DNA from: Paramicrosporidium saccamoebae KSL3
Taxonomy: Eukaryota > Fungi > Cryptomycota
Length of the DNA stretch: 32,000 bases
Direction of reading: 5' to 3'
NCBI GenBank assembly: GCA_002794465.1
Contig: MTSL01000014.1
Span: 30,001-62,000, forward strand
This document shows, piece by piece, positions 11,512-20,637 of the stretch. Positions within the stretch are counted from its first letter, which is position 1, and each line of letters starts with the position of its first letter. Under the pieces are notes generated by a model. It saw only the letters and a program-made list of their open reading frames with translations, did no database searches and had not been told where the DNA came from. Position numbers and translations under genes: made by a program.

Positions 11512-11581
11512 CAAATACACAGTTTAATCTGAGCCTTTGATCGGGTGTTTTGGACTGGTATTTGGTTAAGAGATGTATGAG

Positions 11582-11707
11582 GTTCGTACAAAGACCCTCT
11601 ATTAGAATATCGGATCCGTAATCATAAAGTGTCGAGTTCGCACAAGGACCCTGTATTAGAATATCGGATTCGTAATCATAAAGTATTGGGTTCGTACAAA
11701 GACCCTG
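11582..11707. repeat. 54-bp tandem repeat (2.3 copies) between convergent TOP2 and GDI1
   Basis: Units start at 11582, 11636 and 11690 (gttcgtacaaagaccctctattagaatatcggatccgtaatcataaagt...). Confidence 0.9.
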
Positions 11708-11912
11708 CTAAACAGCATCCACTTATCATTGATTAATTCGGCTCAAATGGCGATCCCACAAGCCATTCCAACCACATTAAGAGTGGCTACCTATAAAGAG
11801 GCCACATAGTTTAATAAAAGCAAACTCCACCCATCAACAGACCCTTGATTCCTGGTCCGTAGTTATACTATCTCACATATACCATATCAACTCGATACAC
11901 TTATGCTCTTTA

Positions 11913-13280
11913 TTAAACGTCATTCACAGCACCAAGCGACTTGTTTAGTGTTTCTTGCTCCTCCTCCGCCGTGGGACGCTTCTTTACCTCGAGAGGGACA
12001 CCAGCGTACCGCTTGTAGACATCCTTGACATCGTCACAGACTGTCTCGAAATGACTGGTGGCATCATAGGAGCGGGCCACAAAGAGTCGACTTTCCACTC
12101 CATCATCGATGGGCTGCATCATGTCCGTGGTCCAGACAAACTTTTCCCGAATCGGTCCCAATAGGGAAAGGGCAAAGTCGATTTCCCGTTCGGGAGTGGG
12201 CGTCTCAATGATGGTGCTGACAATGGCCACATAGTGTCCCGGGGCTGCCACTTGATGGGCATTGCTGACACAGGCAATGTAGACGTCGTATTTGCGGTTG
12301 AGCTGACGTTGGGGGATGATGATCTGACACGAATCAGCGTCGCCCGTGGCGGGGATTGGATGATCCAACAGACAGATGGCCCTGACCACCTGATGCTGTC
12401 GATGACACGCCGCCGGCACATACGATGGATCAGCAATAACAGCGTCACATGTGGCAGTGTGTTCGCCACAACGTACACCCGTCACCCGTCCTGAATCGTC
12501 AAAAAGCAGCTCATCCACCGGCTGATTGAGCATATAAGTGCCGCCATAAATGGCACTGAGTCGCGCAAAAGCCTGGGGCAGTTCGCCCAATCCATATAAC
12601 GGATACAAATACGGCGATTTGCCGAAACGCAGCATGGATTCCATGTATAGTCGGATGCGTTGACAAGTGTCCAGGGCGGGGCGTTTGAGATAGTCCTCGT
12701 CAAGCTGCAAGGCCAAGGAATGGCCTATAAAGTCCTTAGTGCCCTCTTCCAGTCCAAATTGGACAAACAGCTCATCCATTGTCATGGCCATCAGATTTCG
12801 GCGATCCCACGTCATTGGATCGTCGGGCCGCAGTTTGCCCACAAATTCAAAAAACTTTTTAGCGCGTCGTTTCTCAAAAAAGCCCATTAATGGCGACGTC
12901 AATGCTTCGTATTCAGTGGCGGGGACTTTGCAAATACCGCTGCCTTCGCGGTACACAAAACTGCCGGCGATTTGTTGGAATTCCAAGTAGCGCGTCACGT
13001 CAGTGTGCACTAGGATCTGCACCAATTCGCCACTCGCCATCATAAACTTGGGCACCACGTCAATGTTGTAGTCGCGGTCCCTGCCATACGTCTTTCCGTC
13101 ATATGTCGTCCCACGCAACGTCTCAAACAGTCGCGACAAGGACAGCGACGCGCATTCGCCTCCGTAATATGCGTTGCGGTCCAAGTGCAGCACCTTTTTG
13201 CCCTCCATACTCAATAGACCGCTCAGCACACATTCCGTCAGTCCCGTTCCCAACACAATAACATCGTAATGTTCGTCCAT
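11913..13280 (-). CDS. GDI1: Rab GDP-dissociation inhibitor, 455 aa (the ATG is at 13280, not the ORF-track start)
   Basis: MDEHYDVIVLGTGLTECVLSGLLS, HLDRNAYYGGE, RDYNIDVVPKFMMA, GKSPYLYPLYGLGELPQAFARLSAIYGGTYML. Confidence 0.97.
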   Translation of the reverse strand: MDEHYDVIVLGTGLTECVLSGLLSMEGKKVLHLDRNAYYGGECASLSLSRLFETLRGTTYDGKTYGRDRDYNIDVVPKFMMASGELVQILVHTDVTRYLEFQQIAGSFVYREGSGICKVPATEYEALTSPLMGFFEKRRAKKFFEFVGKLRPDDPMTWDRRNLMAMTMDELFVQFGLEEGTKDFIGHSLALQLDEDYLKRPALDTCQRIRLYMESMLRFGKSPYLYPLYGLGELPQAFARLSAIYGGTYMLNQPVDELLFDDSGRVTGVRCGEHTATCDAVIADPSYVPAACHRQHQVVRAICLLDHPIPATGDADSCQIIIPQRQLNRKYDVYIACVSNAHQVAAPGHYVAIVSTIIETPTPEREIDFALSLLGPIREKFVWTTDMMQPIDDGVESRLFVARSYDATSHFETVCDDVKDVYKRYAGVPLEVKKRPTAEEEQETLNKSLGAVNDV

Positions 13281-13379
13281 TTTGCTCACTGCTCCACCAA
13301 CCAAATTCTTATTTAGTTTCTTAAAAATAGAACTGAATCCACCAATCACAACCCAAAGTTTGTTGTCAAGTAGCTTTTA

Positions 13380-15758
13380 TTACAAGATGCACTCTTCCTG
13401 TTCATCAGAATCCACATCGTCCACATCGATAATTTCATCAACAGTGTAGTTACTAGCACCATTAGAACCATTAGCACCATTAGCACCATTAGTACCATTA
13501 GCACCATTAGCACCGTTACTAGCGCCGTTAGAACCCCCATTAGCCGCCCCACTAGAGTAGGCGGCTTTACGTAGAGTCGCCAAGTCAGTACGTGCCAGTG
13601 TCAATTCTTGCTCCAATGCTAATACGCGTGCCTGTCGCTCCAATTCCTCCACCTTCAGGGCAAATGGCTCAGTAGGGAGGGTCGAGGTCGGTCCAACTGT
13701 CGGACTAACTGCATTAGTGGCCGAATCAACTAATCGACGGTTTGCATCAGTAACCGCTTTGGCTGCTCGTTCCAGGAGCGGCTGGGCCACACTGGACAAA
13801 TCTGCTTTGACGCGACTGGCAGTGACCAATTGCATTGTGGCAGCAGCCACCGCATTGCTGGCCGCCACGAGGTGTTGCATCTTGTGGGTGCCCTTAAGTA
13901 CTCCATCCGCCGTCTCCACCAACGTCATTGTTGCCGCTGCCACCGTCTGTGCCGCCGAGATCAGTCCGTTTGTCCATTCTGAATGGCGTTTATAAAAGGC
14001 ATCCGGGGTTCCTGAGCCCTTCCCGGCAGCCACAATCTCTGCCTGAGTTTGGATTGCATATTTAATCAGATTTCCAATAGCTGTGGTGATAGTGGCAGCA
14101 CCATCTACAATTGCTGCATGGACAGCCGAATTGAGTCCTGATAATCGAGCCAAGGCGGGATCTGTGCGCATATTTTCCAAACGCGCCGCTGCCGCATCAA
14201 TCGCCTGTGTAACACGCAACATTTCTGCTGCCAAGCGATCGCCCAACGTGCCCGCCATCTCTGCTGCAGACGCCTTCTCTGTCGCCTCCCGACGGGCCCG
14301 TTCCTCTGCGTCATTGTCGCGCTCCTTTTGGAGATCTCGCAGTTTGGTTAGGGCCTCCACGTGTTCTGTGCGCAATTGCTGATACAAAGCGGCCATCCCC
14401 TCATATTTGGCTTTCCACTTGGCCGCTTCTTTGCTCATGGCCTCATATTTAATCTTCCACTGCTCCAACTCTTCCTGCAACATTCGCACCTGTTCCCCAT
14501 AGCCTTGCGAGGCCATCCCACTCATTGATTCCTGCTGTTGACGCGCTGCAAGCAACTGCTCATCATATTGTTGAATCAGGCCCTGGTCTTGCTGATGACG
14601 GAACAGAACCTGTTGTAATTGTTCCTGAAGAGTGGCGATTTGCATCTGCGCCTGTTGCAATGCTTGCATAGTCTGCTGATCAACCACAGGCACAGTGGTT
14701 ACAGTGTGGGTAAACTGTGACATTTGTTCCATTCCACTGCCACTTCGGGATCGTATATCCAATTCCGAAGCCGTCGTCTCTGAATCAAACTCGCCCAGCA
14801 AATCTGCCGAGGGAACGCGGTTCTCTAACGGCGATTTTTCCTTCTTTGGTTCCGGCTCCGGCTTGGGTTTGGGCCGTTCGGGTCCGCCGAGATCAAAGGT
14901 CGGTGGCTGATCCGGTAGACGCGGAATCTCAATCAGACTGGTCAAATACCGAATAGTGTTACATTCTCCATAAAACTTTTTGAGTGCATGGAACTGACTG
15001 TTGTAACGCTCCACCAGGGGCATCAGGGGATCAGCACTTTCCACGCATAAATGCATGGCCGACAACATGCTAGTGATAAACTTGTAAATACCATAACTCT
15101 CCTCCACCAGCGGCACCAGCGAGGCAATGCGACACTCATTCTGCGCCATTGGACGCACATTGATAAATACAGTGCGTTGGAAGCGATCCACCCGTTCCTG
15201 CAGATCCATTAGCTCCCCTATGGTCTGATAACCCTCGTCCAGATTCGACACTCCCTTTAGCGAAATGTATTCTTCATAATCGAAATTTCCAGTGAATTCG
15301 GCGTGGGTGCGGTGGAATTCGAGTTTGGCCAGCAGGAATTCTACGTATGCCTGAATCAGCGGTCCATATCCAAAGCCCAATGTAACCGCACCATGGACTC
15401 TCAAACATCCCTCAAAGTACGCCCGGTGTCCTAGCGCCTCTCCCAACACCACATGCGGTCCACCCACTAGCATTTTGTGCAGCATAATTAACGACTTGTA
15501 ACACACCACTTGGTCCGTCATCACCGGCAATGACTGCAGCGTGTTCCACACCGCCGCACTGCTTTGATGGTCCCAGCTGAACACTATGCAACTACGCACA
15601 TGTTTTTGTTTCGGGGCCGTCTCTGTGGTTGACAGCGCCTTTTTGACGTGTTCACTCAACTCTATCTCCAACTTCTCCCGCGACTTGGTACTGGGCATGA
15701 TTGCGCGATTGGCTGCAATGTCGGCGTTATTACTGAAACCGGAGCAGCCAATCAGCAT
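13380..15758 (-). CDS. SLA2: Sla2/End4 (HIP1R-like) endocytic adaptor: ANTH, coiled coil and I/LWEQ domains (start could be the ATG at 15698)
   Basis: ANTH: ETAPKQKHVRSCIVFSWD. Talin-like domain: FYKRHSEWTNGLISAAQTVA...QLVTASRVKA. Terminal latch helix: ELERQARVLALEQELTLARTDLATLRKAAY. Confidence 0.95.
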   Translation of the reverse strand: MLIGCSGFSNNADIAANRAIMPSTKSREKLEIELSEHVKKALSTTETAPKQKHVRSCIVFSWDHQSSAAVWNTLQSLPVMTDQVVCYKSLIMLHKMLVGGPHVVLGEALGHRAYFEGCLRVHGAVTLGFGYGPLIQAYVEFLLAKLEFHRTHAEFTGNFDYEEYISLKGVSNLDEGYQTIGELMDLQERVDRFQRTVFINVRPMAQNECRIASLVPLVEESYGIYKFITSMLSAMHLCVESADPLMPLVERYNSQFHALKKFYGECNTIRYLTSLIEIPRLPDQPPTFDLGGPERPKPKPEPEPKKEKSPLENRVPSADLLGEFDSETTASELDIRSRSGSGMEQMSQFTHTVTTVPVVDQQTMQALQQAQMQIATLQEQLQQVLFRHQQDQGLIQQYDEQLLAARQQQESMSGMASQGYGEQVRMLQEELEQWKIKYEAMSKEAAKWKAKYEGMAALYQQLRTEHVEALTKLRDLQKERDNDAEERARREATEKASAAEMAGTLGDRLAAEMLRVTQAIDAAAARLENMRTDPALARLSGLNSAVHAAIVDGAATITTAIGNLIKYAIQTQAEIVAAGKGSGTPDAFYKRHSEWTNGLISAAQTVAAATMTLVETADGVLKGTHKMQHLVAASNAVAAATMQLVTASRVKADLSSVAQPLLERAAKAVTDANRRLVDSATNAVSPTVGPTSTLPTEPFALKVEELERQARVLALEQELTLARTDLATLRKAAYSSGAANGGSNGASNGANGANGTNGANGANGSNGASNYTVDEIIDVDDVDSDEQEECIL
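13449..13544 (-). repeat. Coding 9-bp minisatellite (AATGGTGCT-type) encoding Asn-Gly-X repeats at the SLA2 C-terminus
   Basis: The + strand shows repeated agcaccatt units; the peptide is ANGGSNGASNGANGANGTNGANGANGSNGASN. Confidence 0.9.
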
Positions 15759-16010
15759 CGGATCATTTCAAATACCATTTCGCATTTGCAATCATGTCAG
15801 TGCTTATCCTTGCATTAATAAATAAATGAACAGTCAAAGAAACGAATAAACAAAGAAACGAATATTCATACATTAATGGATGGATAATCATGTGTCGGCA
15901 AGCTGTCCATGCCCAAGGATTATTTGCTGTGACTATACTGCGGATCCTATGCCCCTTAGATTGGGCCAATCGTGTCACATCCCCTTGCCCCCAACCTTGC
16001 TGATGCGACC

Positions 16011-17882
16011 ATGGGACGTCGATCCAAATCCAAAACCGAACCCAAATCAGAGTCAGAGCCTGAATCCGACTCTAATTCTAACAATGAATCAAAGTTCAGG
16101 TTTAGAAGGACCAGATCCAACCCCAAGCCCAAATCCCAATCCAACTCCAAAAGCAGCGAATCTCCCTCGACCTCAGTGTCGGCTTCACCCCCCTCTTCAT
16201 CTATACCCTCATCTGCATCCTCTTCAATGCCCTCCCTTGTGCTTTCATCTGCTCCCAAGGTTGCTCGCCCATTTTCACTGAGCAGTCTGTTCCGTCGTAA
16301 ATCCTCTCTCACTGGACAAAGTCTCACCACCATTGATGAGACGGAGGAGCGCACAGCATTGCGCCGAAGGCACACTGTTACAGATCGAGTTGGAAAGCTC
16401 TTGCGGCGGGTCTCACGACGGGGCGGAGAACACAAACTGCTTTTGGACGAGGTCATGGAGCCAATGCGACATGTCAGCTCCTTTTACCAATCTCCGACGG
16501 GCTCACTGGCTGAATTACAGACAGGAAGCATGATCGAATTAAAAAGTCCGGTCATAAAGACTGCCCAGCCCCTTACTCCACCCCCCGTGCCCACCGTCTG
16601 CACCCAATGGAGTCCCGACACTGTACCGTTCAAGGTGCTCACCTCTACCCGTTGCGTTCTGCAACACAATGAGCGTCTCATCCAGGGCCATCTGACTGTG
16701 ACAACCCGCAAGGTCCATTTCCAAGCCACTTCCAGTCAAAGTCGGTTGCATTTTGAAATTCCTTATACGGACATTGTCGCTATCATCCCCAGTCAGTATT
16801 ATGGCGCCGGGGCAGTGCATCTGGCCACGCAAAGCCGATTGGTGCGCATTGTGAATCTGCCTGAACGGACCACCACGTTACGGGTGCTGATGGACGAATG
16901 GAATATGCATTGTCGCTGCATGTTGCTTGGCACCGCCCATACGCCTGTCCGAAAACTCACCATGGCCCAGGCCGATTGGCTTGCCGATGTGGTCGACGAT
17001 TCAGCCCTTTCGGGATCAAACCTTTCCACTAAATATCCCTGTGGATGTGACAGCCATTTCGCGGAAACGGTCATTGAGACTACTCTGCCAGGGACGCCCT
17101 TGGCTCTCGCCGACACTCTCTTTGGCGGCCTCAATGGTCCACAGGGTTCCTACATGAGCAGCGTCTTTTGGGTATTCGAGGGCGCCATCATTGATGAAGG
17201 GCCCTGGAAGGACATTCCCCGTCATCGTAGTGTTAAGATTTCTGTTCCTGATCCCACCCGCCCTACCCAACGTCTACACTACCGCAATGAACAGACTGTA
17301 GTGCGTGAGGCTGCCGATGTCTTTATCGTCTCTAGCGACGTAACTGCTGCAGCTCAAGGAACCATTGGATTAGAGGGTGTAAGGCTACGATGGTGCATCA
17401 CTCGCACCGGAATCATCGAGGAATCCCACATACTAATCACTGGCGAGGCTGAATCTACTACCCAGAAGCTTTCCTTAAAGACGGATGAACCGTTTGTCTT
17501 TCGTGTCATTGTCGGACGTTTCGAAGATCTTTTTGCAGAGATACGTCTCAAAAATATAGTTATTCCCGATCCCCCGCCTCAAACGGGTCAAATCGCGCAA
17601 ATTTGGGACCGTATCCGTCAAACGTTCATCTTTGTCGTCGGTCCCACCATTATGGGGAGCTTTCCCCATACCGTGCGTTCTCCCCAGAGATTGCTAATAG
17701 CATTCTTTGTTCTGTCTCTATTTGGTTGGCTGCTGCTGCGCTGGACGTGTCCGACCCCCGTGCTCCCGGTAGACCATCTGTTTGTTGAACAATATCTCGA
17801 AAACGTCATCCGGGAAAATCGCAAAATAATGCACAATGTATCGCAGCGTCTGAATCACATTCGCGATCAAATAGAGCTTTAA
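16011..17882 (+). CDS. GRAM + VASt (StART-like) domain membrane-contact sterol transfer protein, LAM/GRAMD1 family, ~623 aa
   Basis: GRAM-like CVLQHNERLIQGHLTVTTRKVHF..IPYTDIVAI; CGCDSH before the VASt-like region; C-terminal TM (LLIAFFVLSLFGWLLL) plus short coiled coil. The first ATG is at 16011; the ORF track starts at a GTG. Confidence 0.8.
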   Translation: MGRRSKSKTEPKSESEPESDSNSNNESKFRFRRTRSNPKPKSQSNSKSSESPSTSVSASPPSSSIPSSASSSMPSLVLSSAPKVARPFSLSSLFRRKSSLTGQSLTTIDETEERTALRRRHTVTDRVGKLLRRVSRRGGEHKLLLDEVMEPMRHVSSFYQSPTGSLAELQTGSMIELKSPVIKTAQPLTPPPVPTVCTQWSPDTVPFKVLTSTRCVLQHNERLIQGHLTVTTRKVHFQATSSQSRLHFEIPYTDIVAIIPSQYYGAGAVHLATQSRLVRIVNLPERTTTLRVLMDEWNMHCRCMLLGTAHTPVRKLTMAQADWLADVVDDSALSGSNLSTKYPCGCDSHFAETVIETTLPGTPLALADTLFGGLNGPQGSYMSSVFWVFEGAIIDEGPWKDIPRHRSVKISVPDPTRPTQRLHYRNEQTVVREAADVFIVSSDVTAAAQGTIGLEGVRLRWCITRTGIIEESHILITGEAESTTQKLSLKTDEPFVFRVIVGRFEDLFAEIRLKNIVIPDPPPQTGQIAQIWDRIRQTFIFVVGPTIMGSFPHTVRSPQRLLIAFFVLSLFGWLLLRWTCPTPVLPVDHLFVEQYLENVIRENRKIMHNVSQRLNHIRDQIEL

Positions 17883-18030
17883 TTGTGTTTTATAAGGCAA
17901 TTGCTTTCTTACTAAATTATTAGTATTTTTGGCTTAGTAAGTGATGTGGTAGGCCTGTGAGCAAAGTAATTATCAGATGAAAGATGAAAGGTGCGCTCAA
18001 TAGCGGGTCCCTGTACGTAGATAAAAGAGA

Positions 18031-18065
18031 CGAGTCGAGTCGAGTCGAGCTGAGCTGAGTCGAGT
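18031..18065. repeat. 7 x 5-bp microsatellite (YGAGY)
   Basis: cgagt cgagt cgagt cgagc tgagc tgagt cgagt. Confidence 0.85.
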
Positions 18066-18162
18066 TGGGTCAAAGATTTGTTCACTATCGTCTGGTGTCG
18101 TTCATTGTTAATTCAAAGGCCTACTTCTAGTCTCATTAACAGATGAGTCCTAAAATCGTAAG

Positions 18163-18215
18163 GACACAGATCTTACTGTCCTCAAATACTCGACTAATCT
18201 ATCCCCACCACTCTA
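18163..18215 (+). repeat. Partial third copy (C) of the dispersed repeat, abutting the TATA box of the 18246 gene
   Basis: 18163-18190 matches 23-50 at 23/28; 18175-18200 matches 102-127 at 22/26; shared ccactcta at 18208-18215. Confidence 0.7.
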
Positions 18216-18220
18216 TAAAT
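18214..18220 (+). promoter_or_regulatory. Candidate TATA box (TATAAAT) of the 18246 gene
   Basis: Consensus match about 25 nt upstream of the ATG; position only, no functional data. Confidence 0.45.
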
Positions 18221-18245
18221 TTACCCAAACCCCCGGGCGGTCAGT

Positions 18246-18722
18246 ATGTCAATTACATTTCTTTTGCTCATTGGTTTCCTCTCGGCGATTGCGAGCGGGT
18301 CTTTTCTGCAGCGCGTTGCCGTCCAGACCTCTGGCGTCCGGACCTCTGGTGTCCGGTTGAGACAAAAATTTGTGACACGCCTTCCGCCTGGCATAATATT
18401 TACTCCATATTGCGTCTGGTTCATGGATGAACATGCCAATCTAGAAATCTCAGTAATGTCGAGTAAAGTTAAAATTGCCGGTCAGGGTGTTTTCGATTTG
18501 GGTGTGTTTCGAAATTATCAATTGCTCCCAGAAGGCACTAAGAAGGTAATTGTTGGCGACGAAGTAGTGGTTGCCATAAGCAAAAATCCATCGGATTCCA
18601 AGAAATTTCGCCGGAGCGCGCGTCGTGAACTGAGCAAGGGTGTAGAGGATATTAACTTGGACCATCCCGACATGATATTTCTAGCTTATGAAGTCGAATC
18701 TGAACCTAGAATATCCGAATAA
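18246..18722 (+). CDS. Small secreted protein, family member 1 (158 aa)
   Basis: Signal peptide MSITFLLLIGFLSAIASG; family core FRNYQLLP..VGDEVVVAI; ends ISE*. Internal 15-bp duplication (TSGVR x2) at 18326-18355. Confidence 0.8.
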   Translation: MSITFLLLIGFLSAIASGSFLQRVAVQTSGVRTSGVRLRQKFVTRLPPGIIFTPYCVWFMDEHANLEISVMSSKVKIAGQGVFDLGVFRNYQLLPEGTKKVIVGDEVVVAISKNPSDSKKFRRSARRELSKGVEDINLDHPDMIFLAYEVESEPRISE

Positions 18723-19254
18723 GCGACAATTAATACACAGGAACATTCTGCTTGATTATTTGATGTCTGCTCGAGTACCGTTACTTTGATTGACATGATG
18801 CTCTCCAATCTGTTGCAAAGTGGAAAGGGCACCATAACTTTGTTCAGAGCTAGGTTATTAAAATACGGGCCCAGGTGCTTTGTAGAAGCATCGAGATGCA
18901 GCAAAAGACAACCACAGGCACAAGGAGCTTAATGGCTGGTCATTCGACTTTGAGTATGGCACTTTATGTCTAGGCTAATGCATGCGAATGTAGCCTCACT
19001 ATTTTTATTGATTGGACGCTGCCAAATGACTTACAAATCATGTAATGTAGAGGATTGACTAGTTGAGTATCTGAGTATGGTTACCTAGTTTGGAGAATAT
19101 ATAATTGGGACGATCTATGAAAGATAATGAGATCTATATCTTTATCATTTTAGGATTATTACGTTACTTATGACTCCATAAAAGGGCCGTTGGGCTGACA
19201 GTGAAGGAGACCTCATCTTGTCTCTTCCGTCTGACAAAGTCCGTGGTATCAAGA

Positions 19255-19749
19255 ATGATTAAGCTGTTCGCTGGACAGGGAAACTCCGTCAAGTCTGCAT
19301 TATTTCTATTTCTTTATGCCTTTTTCACTATTGTAAGCGGGTCCCATCTGTTTTACACTCATTCTGTCCGACTCGGACGTCTGTACGCAAAATCGTTCTC
19401 GGGTAACGTATATTTTGGTCCCTATGAAACCGTGCTCGTTGATGGAGGTCCAGCTCGCGTAGGTCTCTTGATTGACGGAGACCGGTTAAAAATTTTTGGC
19501 GATCAATTCGAGTGCCGTGTATTCCGAGGACAGGAAATGTTACCAGAAAGCTGGGATATAAAAGTGGAGGGTGGTGACGTAGTAGTGGCTGCTATTCTTA
19601 GCAAGTATCGTCAGGATCCTATCACTCCTGCCACCCTGAGACTAATGTTTGAAATGTACGCAGAATCGAAAGACGTAAGCCGTGTTGGGCTGAGGGGAAG
19701 GAGCTATTTAGTTATTCCTATTGAAGCCGTACCCGGTATATCTGAGTAA
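19255..19749 (+). CDS. Small secreted protein, family member 2 (164 aa from the first ATG)
   Basis: Hydrophobic ALFLFLYAFFTIVSG; RLGR; CRVFRGQEMLP..GGDVVVAAI; ends ISE*. The ORF-track start at 19201 is a GTG. Confidence 0.8.
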   Translation: MIKLFAGQGNSVKSALFLFLYAFFTIVSGSHLFYTHSVRLGRLYAKSFSGNVYFGPYETVLVDGGPARVGLLIDGDRLKIFGDQFECRVFRGQEMLPESWDIKVEGGDVVVAAILSKYRQDPITPATLRLMFEMYAESKDVSRVGLRGRSYLVIPIEAVPGISE

Positions 19750-19884
19750 ATATCCATCAATTCACGATCACCTATAATGTTGCGCCTGTGTCTAAGCAAA
19801 CTCGTCGTCATGGACTGATACAAGTATCACGACTAATAGCAATCGATACAGAATACCCCATATCGGGTATAGTGACTTGCACAC

Positions 19885-19891
19885 TATAAAA
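19885..19891 (+). promoter_or_regulatory. Candidate TATA box (TATAAAA) of the 19919 gene
   Basis: Consensus match about 28 nt upstream of ATG 19919, similar spacing to the 18246 gene. Confidence 0.45.
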
Positions 19892-19918
19892 TGAATGTCA
19901 TCGGGTGTAGAAATTATC

Positions 19919-20365
19919 ATGAGAACCGACCTCTTTCTGTGGATTGGTGCCTTTCTAAGTTGTGCGAGCGGCGCAGGATTATTGCATCACGCTAGACGAT
20001 TTGGGGGTTCCTGCAAAACAAGTTACGGGACTAGTGTCGAATTACATCCCACTGCGGTCAGGTTTTCGAACAATCACTCTACCGCCTATGTCAAGTTGGA
20101 GTCAAATAAGCTGGAAATTTTCAATGACGGTGATGTCCGCTGTCATGTGATCCGAGGCGATCAGAAATTATTAAGTAGAACCGAACTGGAAATTGGCGAC
20201 AAAGTAGTGATTGAGATTGGTCGTGAATTTTGGGGAATAGAGGAAGTTCACGAGTACATGCGCGAGATATTGGACACGGAAGAGAATGTAATGAGCCTAA
20301 GCCGCAATAAGCAATGCTGGAGTACTCTAGTTGTTCCAATAGTAGCTGGATCCGCATCTGAATGA
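19919..20365 (+). CDS. Small secreted protein, family member 3 (148 aa; an in-frame upstream ATG exists at 19895)
   Basis: Signal peptide MRTDLFLWIGAFLSCASG; FSNNHS; CHVIRGDQKLL..LEIGDKVVIEIG; ends ASE*. Confidence 0.8.
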   Translation: MRTDLFLWIGAFLSCASGAGLLHHARRFGGSCKTSYGTSVELHPTAVRFSNNHSTAYVKLESNKLEIFNDGDVRCHVIRGDQKLLSRTELEIGDKVVIEIGREFWGIEEVHEYMREILDTEENVMSLSRNKQCWSTLVVPIVAGSASE

Positions 20366-20637
20366 ATACTGGCTAATACATGATAACTTGTGATGGCACA
20401 CTGTCAAAGGCGAGATATTAAACACGATGGTGATGTGCAAATTGACTTTAGCAAAAGATGCAGTGTCACCGAAAAAACACACTTTAACGTGCTAAGAGGC
20501 ATAAGATACAGACGTGTTGACTTGGATCTACTTTCAGAAACAAGTTTACTTGGATCTACCCACAGAACAGGTTTAGTTATAGATATACTCTCACAAACAG
20601 ACACAAGATAAAAACATGTTTACTTACAGATCTACTC

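Noticed and set aside
11582-11707. tRNA/SINE or TFIIIC B-box (GGTTCG..) in the 54-bp repeat; CRISPR-like array
   Set aside because: GTTCG is not followed by the B-box A..C and I saw no cloverleaf. The units are contiguous with no unique spacers, and the genome is eukaryotic.
13380-13394. CaaX prenylation motif at the SLA2 C-terminus (EECIL)
   Set aside because: The Cys is third from the end, not fourth.
15835-15864. 14-bp direct repeat caaagaaacgaata (period 16) in the SLA2/LAM divergent region
   Set aside because: Only two copies in A-rich sequence; simple slippage is sufficient.
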